Shown: positions 25,910 through 36,349, counted from the first letter of the stretch. The stretch is 37,841 nucleotides of DNA from a virus (IMGVR_UViG_3300042974_000004), one strand, 5' to 3'. Notes: generated by a model not told the origin, from the letters alone. Numbers and translations: made by a program.

Positions 25910-26272
25910 ATGGCAGAGGAAAAAGAAAAATTATTGACAAGAGGTTTGAAGACCAAGGATTTGTTTAGCTTTACAAGAATAATTAAAAAAATGAATATAA
26001 AACCTGAACTTAAAAAGCTTGTAAAAGACGTAACAGGGAAAACAGAGGAAGAAAAAAAGGCTATGCAGCGGGATTTAAAAGTCGATATTATGTTTACTTT
26101 TATAGAAAGCATAGGAAACGCAGATCAGGAAATATATAAATTCTTAGGAGATTTGGCGGATAAAAAGCCAAAAGAAATTGAAGATCAACCACCACAAGAC
26201 ACTATGCAAATGGTTGAGGAATTATTTAACGAGGATGGGTTTGGAGATTTTTTATCTTCAGCAGTCAAGTAA
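25910..26272 (+). CDS. Tail assembly chaperone (gpG-like)
   Basis: Position; T-TTT-TTA slippery heptamer at 26248-26254. Confidence 0.8.
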   Translation: MAEEKEKLLTRGLKTKDLFSFTRIIKKMNIKPELKKLVKDVTGKTEEEKKAMQRDLKVDIMFTFIESIGNADQEIYKFLGDLADKKPKEIEDQPPQDTMQMVEELFNEDGFGDFLSSAVK

Positions 26273-26589
26273 ATGAAGTTGACTGCTTGGATATTTTATT
26301 AAACAGATATAATTCTTCTGTAATGGAACTGGATGTTGTTTACGGGCTTGAATTAATTAAGAAGGCTTATGAAAAACAAATAGACAAACAGTTATGGCAA
26401 ATGTGGCTTGCAAAGTATCCTTATATGGATAAAGATACTTTTATTAGTTTTGAGAAATTTAAAGAAGGAATGACTGATGAAAATAAATCAGGGAAACCAA
26501 AACAGACAAAGGAACAGATAATTGCCATGGCTGAAGAAATAAAAGCTGCGGATCAGAGACAAAGGGGGATAGAAAATGCAAATATTTAG
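26251..26589 (+). CDS. Tail assembly chaperone extension (gpT-like, via -1 frameshift)
   Basis: The -1 frame is open from the slippery site into the 26287..26589 ORF, which lacks a good RBS. Confidence 0.75.
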   Translation, partial: FIFSSQVNEVDCLDILLNRYNSSVMELDVVYGLELIKKAYEKQIDKQLWQMWLAKYPYMDKDTFISFEKFKEGMTDENKSGKPKQTKEQIIAMAEEIKAADQRQRGIENANI

Positions 26590-29500
26590 TTTAGTAGGTT
26601 CTATCCTCTTAAAAGACAACGACACTAAAGGCAAACTTAAGGATATAGATAATACTGCAAAGCAGACAGGAAATAGTTTTGATTCTGTGTTCGATAAAAT
26701 GGGAAGTACTGCGGTAAAAATTGGCGGTGAAATCGGTACTGCTATAGATAACATAGATAAGAAATTTCAACTATGGATGGCAGAAAATAAAAAGACGGCC
26801 AGTAGCAGTGAAGTAAGCGCCAAGGCTCTCGAAACTTATAAGGGCAAGATGCAAGCATTGTCCGAAGAAATTGAAAAAAGCCAAAAAGCCTTGAAAGGCG
26901 TTGCTGATGAATTTGGAAAAGGTTCTACTGAGTATAAAGAAGCTGAAAATCGAGTTATAGATTTAAAACTTAAATATAAAGAACTTGAGGACGAAAGTGG
27001 CAGGCTTCAAAAAGCTACCAACTCTATAAATTTTAAAAAGATTGCAGAAAGTGCAGCATCCGTGGGATCCACTATGACAATGAAATTTACAACTCCTATA
27101 CTTGGAGCGTTAGGATTGGCGGCAAAATCGGCTACAAGTTTTGAGCACCAGATGGCGGATATAAGAAAGGAAATTGTCGCAAGTGGTGTTCCTATAGCAC
27201 AAGTAAATAGCCTTATGTCACAGATGTCAAAAAGTTCTATTGCTTGGAGTGAAGATTTTGGACAGTCTACAGATGATATAAATGAAGGGCTATTGACTCT
27301 TGTAAAAGATGGCTATAGTGCTGATGAAGCTATGAAGATAATGCATAATTCGCTTTATGCCGCAAGAGGTGCCAATGAAGATTTATCTACTACAGTTGAC
27401 GGACTTGGTTCCAGCCTTGAAGCTTTTGGGTTAAAAACAAATAATGCAGCGCAAACAGTAAAAAATATGTCTAAGTTAACAGATGCTTTTGCCTACGTAA
27501 GTAACCACACCAAAGGTAGTATGAGTAGTTTAAGTGAAGCTTCTAGTATTATGGGCTCAACTTTTACGGCATTAAAAATTCCTATGACACAAGCCGCATC
27601 TGCAATTGGTATATTGCAATCAAATGGTATAGATGCAAGTACTGCCGCAAATTCTTTGAAAGCTGGGCTTGTAAATTTAGTAAACCCGACAGATCAAATG
27701 TCTGCTGCCATGCAGAAAATGCATCTTGAAGTATTTAACGTTAAGGGTCAAATGAAAGATCTCCCTACAATCCTAAATGATATAGAAAAAGGGACTAAAG
27801 GATGGACCGATCAACAGAAACAAGCTGCCATTGCTACCTTATTTGGAAAGGAATCTTTGTCCAGTTGGAATGTGCTTTTAAACAAAGGCGGAGATCACCT
27901 CGGAGAATTATCCAAAGGCGCAGAAAATGCAACGGGTGAAGTACAGAAATTGTCTGATGCCATGAAAGATACTCCGGAGAACCAATTTAAGGAATTAAAA
28001 GAGAGTGTACACGCTTTGGGCATTGCTTTTGGACAGGACGTTTTACCAGTATTGACGCCATTTATAAAAAGTTTGACAGATATGATAAAAGCTTTTAGTA
28101 ATTTAGATGATGGCACGAAAAAAGTAATTTTGACTTTTGCAGGCATAACCGCCGCGACTGGTCCGTTGCTATCAATTTTCGGTCATACTTATGACAATGT
28201 AAATAAATTGAATGAGTTTTTAGATAGGGCAAAAATAGGAGAAAAACTTTCTGGAATATTTACTAAAGTTCCCAAAGTAGCCCCTACAGCAGTATTTACA
28301 GGATTGGTGAATGGATTAAGTATAGCGGGAGCTGCAATATCTAGGTTTATTACTGGACCATGGCTATTGCTTGGTAACAGCTTTAAGGCTCTACCTAATT
28401 TAATTAGAAATTTTTCTTTTGCAGGAATCGCAGAGAAAATAATCACACCATTTAAAAATATACCTACATTATTTACCGGAATATTTGGTAAGGTTCCAGG
28501 TATATTTACGGGGTTTAGAACTGTTCTAACTGGTTTTGCATCTACAATTATCAGCTTAGGTCCTAAAGTAATTACGGGAATTAGATCTATGTTTAGTATT
28601 CAGGGGATCATGACAGGCGCAAGAGCGGCATTAGGGTTATTTACAAACCCTTGGGCGGTATTAATTTTGGCTATAGTTGCAGGTGTTGGAGCTATAATTG
28701 CCAATTGGGATAAAATAAAAGCTTTTGCGCAAAAAATATTTGGTGGAGATACAACTCAAATATTTACGCAGTTCAAGGAATTTTTTACACAGGTTTGGAC
28801 CGACATACAAGCTAATTTAACGGCCGCGTGGAATTATATAGGACCAACAATAACTAATGCAGTAAAAGAAATACAGAGTTTTTGGAATGAAGTTTGGCCA
28901 CAGATAAAGCAGGTTTTCGTGGAAGTATGGGACGTCATGAAAGTTTTATTGGCTCCTGCAATGGCGGCAATGTATACTGCTATTTCAGGTGGTATAGGAC
29001 TTATAAAAGGAATTTGGGGCCCTGCTTGGAACTTGCTAAAAGATACTCTTAAAACCGCATGGGACTTAATGAGAGATGTTGTTAAAACTGCATGGGATCT
29101 TATTTCTGGAATAATTAAAGTCGGTCTTGATATTCTTACAGGAAACTGGGGCAAAGCTTGGACTGATATGAAATCCACATTTAGCAATCTTTGGAAAGAT
29201 ATAAAAGGTTTATTCGGAGATATGGCTAAAGATGCTATCAATTGGGGCAAAGATTTAATACAAGGTCTAATTGATGGCATAAAAGGAATGATTGGCGGTG
29301 TAGGAGATGCGGCTAAGGCGATAGGTGATAAGATAAAAAGTTTTCTACATTTCAGCCGACCAGATGAAGGGCCACTTAGAGATTACGAAACGTGGATGCC
29401 TGATTTTCTGCAAGGTTTAGCTAATGGCATAATAAAAAATAAGGATATTATTACAAAGGCAATGCAAGGCCTTACAGGTTCTATGTCTTTAGGAAACAGT

Positions 29501-31039
29501 AATAATTCTAATAAAGATTATGGACAGAATTTAAATAAATCTCTGGGTGAAGGTATTTCTGATAGTACAGACCAGGTGACAAAGCCAGTTAATAATCTCG
29601 TGACTACAGTGTCCACCACAATTGATAATCTTGTTAGCTCCTTTACCCAAAACGGCCAGAATAGCGACACTAATTTAGGAAATGGAATAACAGATAATGC
29701 AAATGCAACTATTAATCCACTAAATACCTTAATAACTACAATAACCACAGGAGTGAAAACATTTGTGCAGGCTTGTATTGGACATGGACAGGACACAGAT
29801 ACAAACCTTGGCAGTGGCATAACAAATAAATCCGGCGAAGTGATTAATGCTGCAAATACTGTAACTACTAAAGTGGGTAACAATTTAGATACTTTCGCTA
29901 AGGGCTCTATTAAATATGGACAAGGCGCGGATACATCTATAGCTACAGGAATAACCAATACAGCTAATAGCGTTACGAGTGCCGCTACTAATTTAGTAAA
30001 TAAAGTTGGAAGTATATTAAAAACTTTTGCAAGCAGTTGTGTTTCTATAGGTAAATCCATAGGCGATTCCATAGCAAGTGGGATGAAATCCAGTGAAGCT
30101 AACGCTGTTTCTATAGCAAAAGAACTTACGCAAAAAGTAATAGATGCTTTTACCAACAAAGATGGCTTTGACATACACAGTCCTTCCAGAAGATTATTTA
30201 AAATAGGCTCTTATGCGATACAGGGACTTATAAATGGATTTTCTTCTATGGATGTTAAAAACTTTTTTCAGAACAAAATTGCGAGCATGATAGGGAGTGC
30301 CAGTGGCGTAGGTGGAAGCTTGCAAAGCTGGCTTGCTACAGCTCTTGCGATAACAGGGCAAAGTATGGCAGCGCTTCCAGCGCTCGAGCAAATAGCAATG
30401 CACGAAAGCGGTGGCAATCCTAATGCTATAAATTTATGGGATTCTAATGCGGCGGCAGGGCACCCAAGCAAAGGACTAATGCAGACCATAGATGAAACTT
30501 TTAATAGATTTGCTATAAAAGGATTAGGCAACATATGGAATCCTATAGCAAATGCTGTAGCCGCAATAAGATATATGGTGTCCCGTTATGGCAGTGTTAT
30601 GAATGTACCAGGCATAGTAAGCATGGCAAATGGTGGCTCCTACGTTGGCTATGCAACTGGTACAGACAATGCGAGTGAGGGTGCTCATCCGGTCGCAGAA
30701 AATGGAATTGAAATAGTTCTTGGTAAAGCTCTTAAATGGTTTAGTGGCGGAGAAACAGTCCTTAATAATGCAGACAGCATGAAACTTATAGGAAATATAA
30801 AAACTGCCATTGATACAGTTAGAAGCCTTGGAAATATGAGCTTTAATTCAATTCCTGCTATAAAAACTGAAACCAAGAAAGATAAAACTGATTCTGAAAG
30901 TGGCAATAGTAATAAACCAGCGAATATATATTTTGTAATAAATAGTGAAGCTGTGGCAAAAGCAACGATTGACGATATAAATAAGTTGCAAGGAGATATA
31001 CAAATTAAAACCACGAGATTAAGGAGGGGTCGTAAATGA
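26576..31039 (+). CDS. Tape measure protein with C-terminal SLT lytic transglycosylase
   Basis: 1487 aa; TP901-like core; Trp-periodic repeats; HESGGNPNAINLWDSNAAAGHPSKGLMQ. Confidence 0.95.
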   Translation: MQIFSLVGSILLKDNDTKGKLKDIDNTAKQTGNSFDSVFDKMGSTAVKIGGEIGTAIDNIDKKFQLWMAENKKTASSSEVSAKALETYKGKMQALSEEIEKSQKALKGVADEFGKGSTEYKEAENRVIDLKLKYKELEDESGRLQKATNSINFKKIAESAASVGSTMTMKFTTPILGALGLAAKSATSFEHQMADIRKEIVASGVPIAQVNSLMSQMSKSSIAWSEDFGQSTDDINEGLLTLVKDGYSADEAMKIMHNSLYAARGANEDLSTTVDGLGSSLEAFGLKTNNAAQTVKNMSKLTDAFAYVSNHTKGSMSSLSEASSIMGSTFTALKIPMTQAASAIGILQSNGIDASTAANSLKAGLVNLVNPTDQMSAAMQKMHLEVFNVKGQMKDLPTILNDIEKGTKGWTDQQKQAAIATLFGKESLSSWNVLLNKGGDHLGELSKGAENATGEVQKLSDAMKDTPENQFKELKESVHALGIAFGQDVLPVLTPFIKSLTDMIKAFSNLDDGTKKVILTFAGITAATGPLLSIFGHTYDNVNKLNEFLDRAKIGEKLSGIFTKVPKVAPTAVFTGLVNGLSIAGAAISRFITGPWLLLGNSFKALPNLIRNFSFAGIAEKIITPFKNIPTLFTGIFGKVPGIFTGFRTVLTGFASTIISLGPKVITGIRSMFSIQGIMTGARAALGLFTNPWAVLILAIVAGVGAIIANWDKIKAFAQKIFGGDTTQIFTQFKEFFTQVWTDIQANLTAAWNYIGPTITNAVKEIQSFWNEVWPQIKQVFVEVWDVMKVLLAPAMAAMYTAISGGIGLIKGIWGPAWNLLKDTLKTAWDLMRDVVKTAWDLISGIIKVGLDILTGNWGKAWTDMKSTFSNLWKDIKGLFGDMAKDAINWGKDLIQGLIDGIKGMIGGVGDAAKAIGDKIKSFLHFSRPDEGPLRDYETWMPDFLQGLANGIIKNKDIITKAMQGLTGSMSLGNSNNSNKDYGQNLNKSLGEGISDSTDQVTKPVNNLVTTVSTTIDNLVSSFTQNGQNSDTNLGNGITDNANATINPLNTLITTITTGVKTFVQACIGHGQDTDTNLGSGITNKSGEVINAANTVTTKVGNNLDTFAKGSIKYGQGADTSIATGITNTANSVTSAATNLVNKVGSILKTFASSCVSIGKSIGDSIASGMKSSEANAVSIAKELTQKVIDAFTNKDGFDIHSPSRRLFKIGSYAIQGLINGFSSMDVKNFFQNKIASMIGSASGVGGSLQSWLATALAITGQSMAALPALEQIAMHESGGNPNAINLWDSNAAAGHPSKGLMQTIDETFNRFAIKGLGNIWNPIANAVAAIRYMVSRYGSVMNVPGIVSMANGGSYVGYATGTDNASEGAHPVAENGIEIVLGKALKWFSGGETVLNNADSMKLIGNIKTAIDTVRSLGNMSFNSIPAIKTETKKDKTDSESGNSNKPANIYFVINSEAVAKATIDDINKLQGDIQIKTTRLRRGRK

Positions 31040-31749
31040 TACCGTACAATGGAATAACTTTTAATGGCAAGCATAGTTTGAATGATTTCGGACTGTGGGT
31101 TGAAGAAAAATCAATAGAACCTCCTCCTAAAGTTAAGGTTTTGGAATCTGTACCATATATGCATAGCAAATATGATTTTAGCACCATAGGTTCTGGCGGA
31201 GAAGAGGTCTTTGATGCCAGGACCATTACAGTAAAACTTGCATTGCTTTGTTATACGCGAGAAGAGTTATATACTGTTTACAGTCAAGCGTTGGAATGGC
31301 TTATGGATTGTGGCCAAAGTAAGTTAATGTTTGACTTTATGCCCGATTTTTATTTTCTTGCAAGAGTAGATGAAGCTCCGAAGCTTGATGAGTTTATAGA
31401 CAACGGAGATTTGGAAGTTACTTTCGTGGCAGAGCCTTTTAAAATATCCACCTCTTTTATGGGTGACGATATTTGGGACACCTTTAATTTTTTAGCAGAT
31501 TACACGCAATATACGAATCAATTTGCCATAGACAGTGAAACCACTGTAATTATGTACGACAACGGCAGGTTGATAAAACCTGTAATAAACTGCACCGCCG
31601 CAATGACTGTAACTTACGAAGGTAAAACCTATAATCTAAACGTAGGTGATAACAAATTGTGGGACTTGAAACTTAAGAACGGTAAAAATGAATTGATATT
31701 TAACGGTAATGGAACGGTAAAAATTCTATTTAGATGGGAGAGATTGTAA
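31036..31749 (+). CDS. Distal tail protein (Dit-like)
   Basis: GITFNGKHS..DFGL, VPY...YDFS, F.AEPF; follows the tape measure gene. Confidence 0.85.
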   Translation: MIPYNGITFNGKHSLNDFGLWVEEKSIEPPPKVKVLESVPYMHSKYDFSTIGSGGEEVFDARTITVKLALLCYTREELYTVYSQALEWLMDCGQSKLMFDFMPDFYFLARVDEAPKLDEFIDNGDLEVTFVAEPFKISTSFMGDDIWDTFNFLADYTQYTNQFAIDSETTVIMYDNGRLIKPVINCTAAMTVTYEGKTYNLNVGDNKLWDLKLKNGKNELIFNGNGTVKILFRWERL

Positions 31750-33446
31750 TGTATAAAATTTGTGTTTACAATGGTGGACAAGAAACGGTTATACATTATC
31801 CTGTTCCGGATAAAGAAGCACCGCACCTTTTTAAAATGGATTTAACAGAGAAGGATAATGATATAGATACCTTCTCTTTTTCTATTGATATTGGTAATGC
31901 AGGATATAATTCACTTAAAGAATTTAAAACCAAAGTGAAAATAATAGACACTAGGGATAATAGTATTAGATTTACAGGCAGAATTTTAAAAGCCCCTGAA
32001 AATATGGATTCTAATGGATTTTATAAAGATGCTGAATGCGAAAGTGCTATGGCTTATCTTTTAGATAGTACGGCGAGAACACAAACTTATTTGACTTCTG
32101 ATGTTAGTAGTGCCTTACAGGATTTACTTAATAGACATAATAATATTGTTGAAGATGATAAAAAAATATATCTCGGCACTGTAAATGTATCTGGAAGTAT
32201 AGCCTATACGTGCCAGTATGAAACGACTTTAAGCGCAATAGTGAATATGCTAGGAGATATTAAATGCCACCTGCAAGTTAGGGAAACAAACGGAAAATTA
32301 TACTTGGATTGCCTGAAAGAATTAAGTGATAGGATTATTGATGTCCGCCTTGGTATGAATATGAAAAGCCTTGTAAAAACTATAGATACCACTGATATTG
32401 GTACACGAATTATTCCTTTAGGAGCTAATAACCTTGATATTTCTAGTGTGAACAGTGGGCTTGATTATATAGATGATTTAAGCGCTAAAAGCTTGTATGG
32501 AGTTATAGAAAAACCAGTTGAATACAGTGATATAACGGATGCTACAGAGTTGAAAAATAAGGCTATAGCTGATATAAGTAGTTACACACAACCAAAATTG
32601 ACGCTTGAAATTGATGCAGATGATTTGAGTTTTCTTACTGGTGTTCCTGCTGATGTATTTAAGAAGGGGTTGAACATCCATATTGTTAATCCTGTAATGG
32701 GAATAGACTCTATATTTACATTGGTTGAAGTAGATGCTGATTTAACACAAATATATAATCCAAAACTTACAATTTCCAATACACCAACATCTATACAAGA
32801 TATTATTTCAAATATGCAAAATACGGCAGTGAATAATGAGTCTGTTCATAATGGTGTTCAGGTAGGAGACAGTTTTGGAATTAGAGTTGTAAGTGGTGAC
32901 GGGAAGTTTGTAACCACTCTGAACGCTACGGAGGGTATTTCTATAGAGGATATAGTTGGAAATTTAAAGATGTTTTTTGTGGATATAGAAAACAGTACCT
33001 TGACTATGGATGGCATACAGCAGCTGACCAAGGACGGGAAAGTTGTGATTATAAATACAACAAACGATAATGGAGGCTTATTCAAGATTTTCGACAAGGA
33101 TGGGAATATAAATTTATCTGCCGGATCTGAAAGTGGAAGTGCGGATAATGCAGGTGGTACATTGAATCTCTATAATGATGATGTATCTAAAAAGAGGGTT
33201 GACCTTGGCATAGTGAAAAACGGTGACTATGGAGTGGTCCAGGTGCATAATAGCGCGGATAAGGTAAAGACTGGAGTATATGGTGATATGCCAAGCTTAT
33301 TCGGGCCTGGACTATATGTGTTTAACGACAGTGGAGGTGTTGCAAGCTATATAACTGAGACAGGTGGAGCTATAAATCTTGAACCTATTGCAACTAGAGC
33401 ATGGGTAGAAGATTATGTGGCAAGCCATGCAGGAGGTGGAGCATAA
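31749..33446 (+). CDS. Tail tip / Tal-like protein
   Basis: F.GRIL, CES.MAYLLDS, TRIIPLG, YGVIEK; follows Dit. Confidence 0.85.
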   Translation: MYKICVYNGGQETVIHYPVPDKEAPHLFKMDLTEKDNDIDTFSFSIDIGNAGYNSLKEFKTKVKIIDTRDNSIRFTGRILKAPENMDSNGFYKDAECESAMAYLLDSTARTQTYLTSDVSSALQDLLNRHNNIVEDDKKIYLGTVNVSGSIAYTCQYETTLSAIVNMLGDIKCHLQVRETNGKLYLDCLKELSDRIIDVRLGMNMKSLVKTIDTTDIGTRIIPLGANNLDISSVNSGLDYIDDLSAKSLYGVIEKPVEYSDITDATELKNKAIADISSYTQPKLTLEIDADDLSFLTGVPADVFKKGLNIHIVNPVMGIDSIFTLVEVDADLTQIYNPKLTISNTPTSIQDIISNMQNTAVNNESVHNGVQVGDSFGIRVVSGDGKFVTTLNATEGISIEDIVGNLKMFFVDIENSTLTMDGIQQLTKDGKVVIINTTNDNGGLFKIFDKDGNINLSAGSESGSADNAGGTLNLYNDDVSKKRVDLGIVKNGDYGVVQVHNSADKVKTGVYGDMPSLFGPGLYVFNDSGGVASYITETGGAINLEPIATRAWVEDYVASHAGGGA

Positions 33447-33988
33447 TGTCGGTTGATGTTAGCCAGGAAACCGCGCAGATAAGACATGCTGTATATGGAA
33501 AAGAAGTGAGAGAATCTCTCGCACATGGCATAGAAAAAATTGCTGGAGACGTAAATCAATTTGAAGAGACAATAGATAAAGACCAGCAGGATTTTAAGGA
33601 TGAAATAACTAAACGACAGGATGATTATGAAACTTCTCTATCAAAAAAAGAAAATGATTTTGAAGATAATATGGAAGATAAGCAGCAGGCATATGAAGAA
33701 AATATAACTGGAAGACAGGATAATCTTGAAGATAGGCAGGGAAAACTGGAAGTACGCCAGACTAACCTTGAGAATACTTTTACCCAGGAAATTGAAAATG
33801 CCGTTAGCGAAAATCCTTCGTCTGCTGAAACAGTGTATGCAAGGACTGATCATGTAAATAACGTCACTTACCACAATCTTGGTGAAAGATTAGATACCGT
33901 TATGAACTTATTGGGATATATTCCAGTGGATGGCGGTAGTTTCTTTGATGATTATATAGAATTTGAAAAAGATGGTGGAACATTTTAG
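33446..33988 (+). CDS. Coiled-coil baseplate/fibre-anchoring protein
   Basis: IRHAVYGKEVRES N-terminus; E.V.AR....LGERLD motif; ends DGGTF. Confidence 0.7.
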   Translation: MSVDVSQETAQIRHAVYGKEVRESLAHGIEKIAGDVNQFEETIDKDQQDFKDEITKRQDDYETSLSKKENDFEDNMEDKQQAYEENITGRQDNLEDRQGKLEVRQTNLENTFTQEIENAVSENPSSAETVYARTDHVNNVTYHNLGERLDTVMNLLGYIPVDGGSFFDDYIEFEKDGGTF

Positions 33989-34003
33989 AGGAGGAGGTTA
34001 AAT

Positions 34004-34387
34004 ATGCAGACGCTATTATTAAGGAGAGGCAAAAATGAAAATCTAGATAGCCTTGAATTGCAGGCGGGAGAGCCTGCTTTTGTTTTAGACACGGGAAAAT
34101 TAATTATCGGTAATGGTACTAACAAAGTAGTGATTAACCCTGCAAGTCCAGTACAAAATGTTAATGGTAAAACTGGGGCGGTGACGATATCTAAGTCAGA
34201 TGTAGGGCTTGGCAACGTAGCAAATGAAAGTAAGGCAACAATGTTTACAAGTCCTGCTTTTACAGGAACGCCTACAGCACCTACTGCAACAACGAGTACA
34301 AATAATACTCAAGTTGCAACTACAGCTTTTGTGAAAGCACAAGGGTATTTAACGGGCAGTTCAACGATAGACGGAGGAACATTCTAA
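34004..34387 (+). CDS. Short tail fibre / adaptor protein
   Basis: LLRRG..L..GEPAF..DT N-terminus; VQNVNGKTGAV, KSDVGLGNV, SPAFTGTPTAPT fibre motifs; ends IDGGTF. Confidence 0.8.
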   Translation: MQTLLLRRGKNENLDSLELQAGEPAFVLDTGKLIIGNGTNKVVINPASPVQNVNGKTGAVTISKSDVGLGNVANESKATMFTSPAFTGTPTAPTATTSTNNTQVATTAFVKAQGYLTGSSTIDGGTF

Positions 34388-34398
34388 GGAGGGATAAT

Positions 34399-35208
34399 AT
34401 GGCTAATAAAATACAGTTAAGGCGTGGGCTAAAAGCGAATTTACCAACACTTGCTATTGGTGAACCAGCATTTTGCACAGATACAAAAGAATTTTATATA
34501 GGTACAGCATCCGGAAATGCAAAAATGTCGTCAGATCCTATAGATACTTCTGGTTTTGAAACTACTGCCGGAAGCCAAGCGAAGGCGAATGCGGCTTTAA
34601 GTAGCGCAAAAAGTTATGCAGATACAGTTCTAACAAATTCCAAAAGTTATACAGATGGTCTTGTTGGTAATATAAATGATTCTGCTTTGGATGCTAGTGT
34701 TAAAGGTAAATCCCTTACGAATATGATAAAAGTGCTTTTTCAAAATGTCAATAATGGGAAAAATAGCGTTTATTCCGCCATTGTTGACAAGGGTACAACA
34801 CCAGCCAGTAAAGATTTTGCGGACTTGGTGGCAGGAATAAGCGCAATTAACACAGGTAAGAAGTGGGCCAGTGGGACAACCTCAGCTGGCAGTCAAACCA
34901 GTTTTGAATATGCTGATGGTTCTGATACCGGTTCAGCTTATCCTTTAAAACTACCTATAACATTTGAGCCTTCTCTTGTTTTAGCTGTGAGTCATGTAGC
35001 TTCTTATTATGTAGCAGTATATAGCAATATTTATGATGGCTATTATTCAAAGACTGCTAAGGTTATCCAATACATTGGCAGTAGTAGCCATGATAAAATG
35101 GTTGCTAATTATAAAGGAGATGTAAGCCCTGCTGGTTTGACAAGTGGCGGATTTACAATTCCAGCGATAGGATCTAGCTGGGTGTATAATTGGATAGCAA
35201 TAGAATAA
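34399..35208 (+). CDS. Tail fibre / receptor-binding protein
   Basis: IQLRRG..LPTLAIGEPAFCTDT N-terminus; AKSYAD helical repeats; GKKWASG followed by a beta-rich head. Confidence 0.8.
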   Translation: MANKIQLRRGLKANLPTLAIGEPAFCTDTKEFYIGTASGNAKMSSDPIDTSGFETTAGSQAKANAALSSAKSYADTVLTNSKSYTDGLVGNINDSALDASVKGKSLTNMIKVLFQNVNNGKNSVYSAIVDKGTTPASKDFADLVAGISAINTGKKWASGTTSAGSQTSFEYADGSDTGSAYPLKLPITFEPSLVLAVSHVASYYVAVYSNIYDGYYSKTAKVIQYIGSSSHDKMVANYKGDVSPAGLTSGGFTIPAIGSSWVYNWIAIE

Positions 35209-35221
35209 GGAGGTTTTATAA

Positions 35222-35908
35222 ATGAAACAAATAGGAAGAAGAATATACTATGATAAAGCAACGGGAAATGTTTTATTGGATACTGGAGAAATGCAGGGTT
35301 CTGATGGAGCTTTAAAAGAAACTACAGTTGATCAAGATTTTGAATCTTATACAGTGTTGTCTGAAAGGAATGCAGATACTGTTGGAGTAATACAATTGGA
35401 ATATGGAGACTTATCGGATAAATTTAGTACGTGTACAGGCTATTATGTAGATATAACTAAAATCCCAATAGATAAAGCGGCTATAGTTTTTACTTTTACA
35501 ACACCAGAAGCGAGTTTGGAACATGTTAAACAGGTTAAAATAAATGAGCTTAGCCAAGATTGCCAGAGCGCTATTGTTGGAGGATTCCACAGCACAGCGT
35601 ATCAAAACGTAGACAAAGTCTACGATAGTACGCAAGAGGACCAGGCAAACATAACAGGCAACGCTTTAAGTGCTATGTCTAAACTTGCAGGAACTCCGGG
35701 ATGCCAAGATGACAAGTTCTACTACCATGCACGTGGAGAAGAATTCGTGGAGTGGACACCAGAGGAAACTTTGGCACTCGCAAGGGATTTCAAGTTGTTT
35801 AAGGAACAACAGCTGATTAAAAACAAGCAATTGCAGGCTTATGTGGATACCTTAGAAACTGTAGAGGAGGTACAAAAAGTAACATGGGATACAGTTGTTC
35901 CAACTTAA
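35222..35908 (+). CDS. Tail fibre-associated / assembly protein (DUF4376-like C-terminus)
   Basis: IGRRIYYDKATGNV N-terminus; YDSTQEDQANI...EEVQKVTW. Confidence 0.7.
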   Translation: MKQIGRRIYYDKATGNVLLDTGEMQGSDGALKETTVDQDFESYTVLSERNADTVGVIQLEYGDLSDKFSTCTGYYVDITKIPIDKAAIVFTFTTPEASLEHVKQVKINELSQDCQSAIVGGFHSTAYQNVDKVYDSTQEDQANITGNALSAMSKLAGTPGCQDDKFYYHARGEEFVEWTPEETLALARDFKLFKEQQLIKNKQLQAYVDTLETVEEVQKVTWDTVVPT

Positions 35909-36342
35909 AAAAGGACTTGATTCTAATAGTTGCAATGGGAACTATATATATGGTATTGGAGGGCATATGGCGCGGATGGACACACATAAGTATGCTTGTA
36001 GTAGGCGGTATTGCTGCTTTTCTGGTGGGGAGGTTGAACGAGCATCCCAAATTCTACAACAGAAAGATGTGGGAACAATGTTCTATAGGAACTGGCATAG
36101 TCCTCGTATTGGAATTTACAAGTGGCATGATCCTAAATGTGTGGCTTGGTCTACAAATATGGGACTACAGCAATATGACGGGTAATTTATATGGACAGAT
36201 ATGCCTGCCGTATGCAGTACTGTGGTTTATGTTGGTGCCGTTTTGTATATATGTGGACGACTATCTGCGGTATAGAATATTTGGAGAGGAAAAGCCGGAA
36301 AGATTACTAGAAAATTATAAGAATTTATTTAAAGGTAAATAG
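35884..36342 (+). CDS. Multi-TM membrane protein of the putative ABC permease (CmpB-like) family
   Basis: LEGIWRG.TH.SM...GG and WDYS....NLYGQICL..A..W; four hydrophobic segments. Confidence 0.75.
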   Translation: MGYSCSNLKKDLILIVAMGTIYMVLEGIWRGWTHISMLVVGGIAAFLVGRLNEHPKFYNRKMWEQCSIGTGIVLVLEFTSGMILNVWLGLQIWDYSNMTGNLYGQICLPYAVLWFMLVPFCIYVDDYLRYRIFGEEKPERLLENYKNLFKGK

Positions 36343-36349
36343 AACACAG

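Noticed and set aside
29518-31074. Long antisense ORFs within the tape measure gene (and similar ones in portal, terL and tail genes)
   Set aside because: Shadows of biased coding sequence with no RBS or recognisable motif.
34004-35908. Diversity-generating retroelement suggested by Mtd-like N-termini
   Set aside because: No reverse transcriptase and no template/variable repeat pair were seen in the window.
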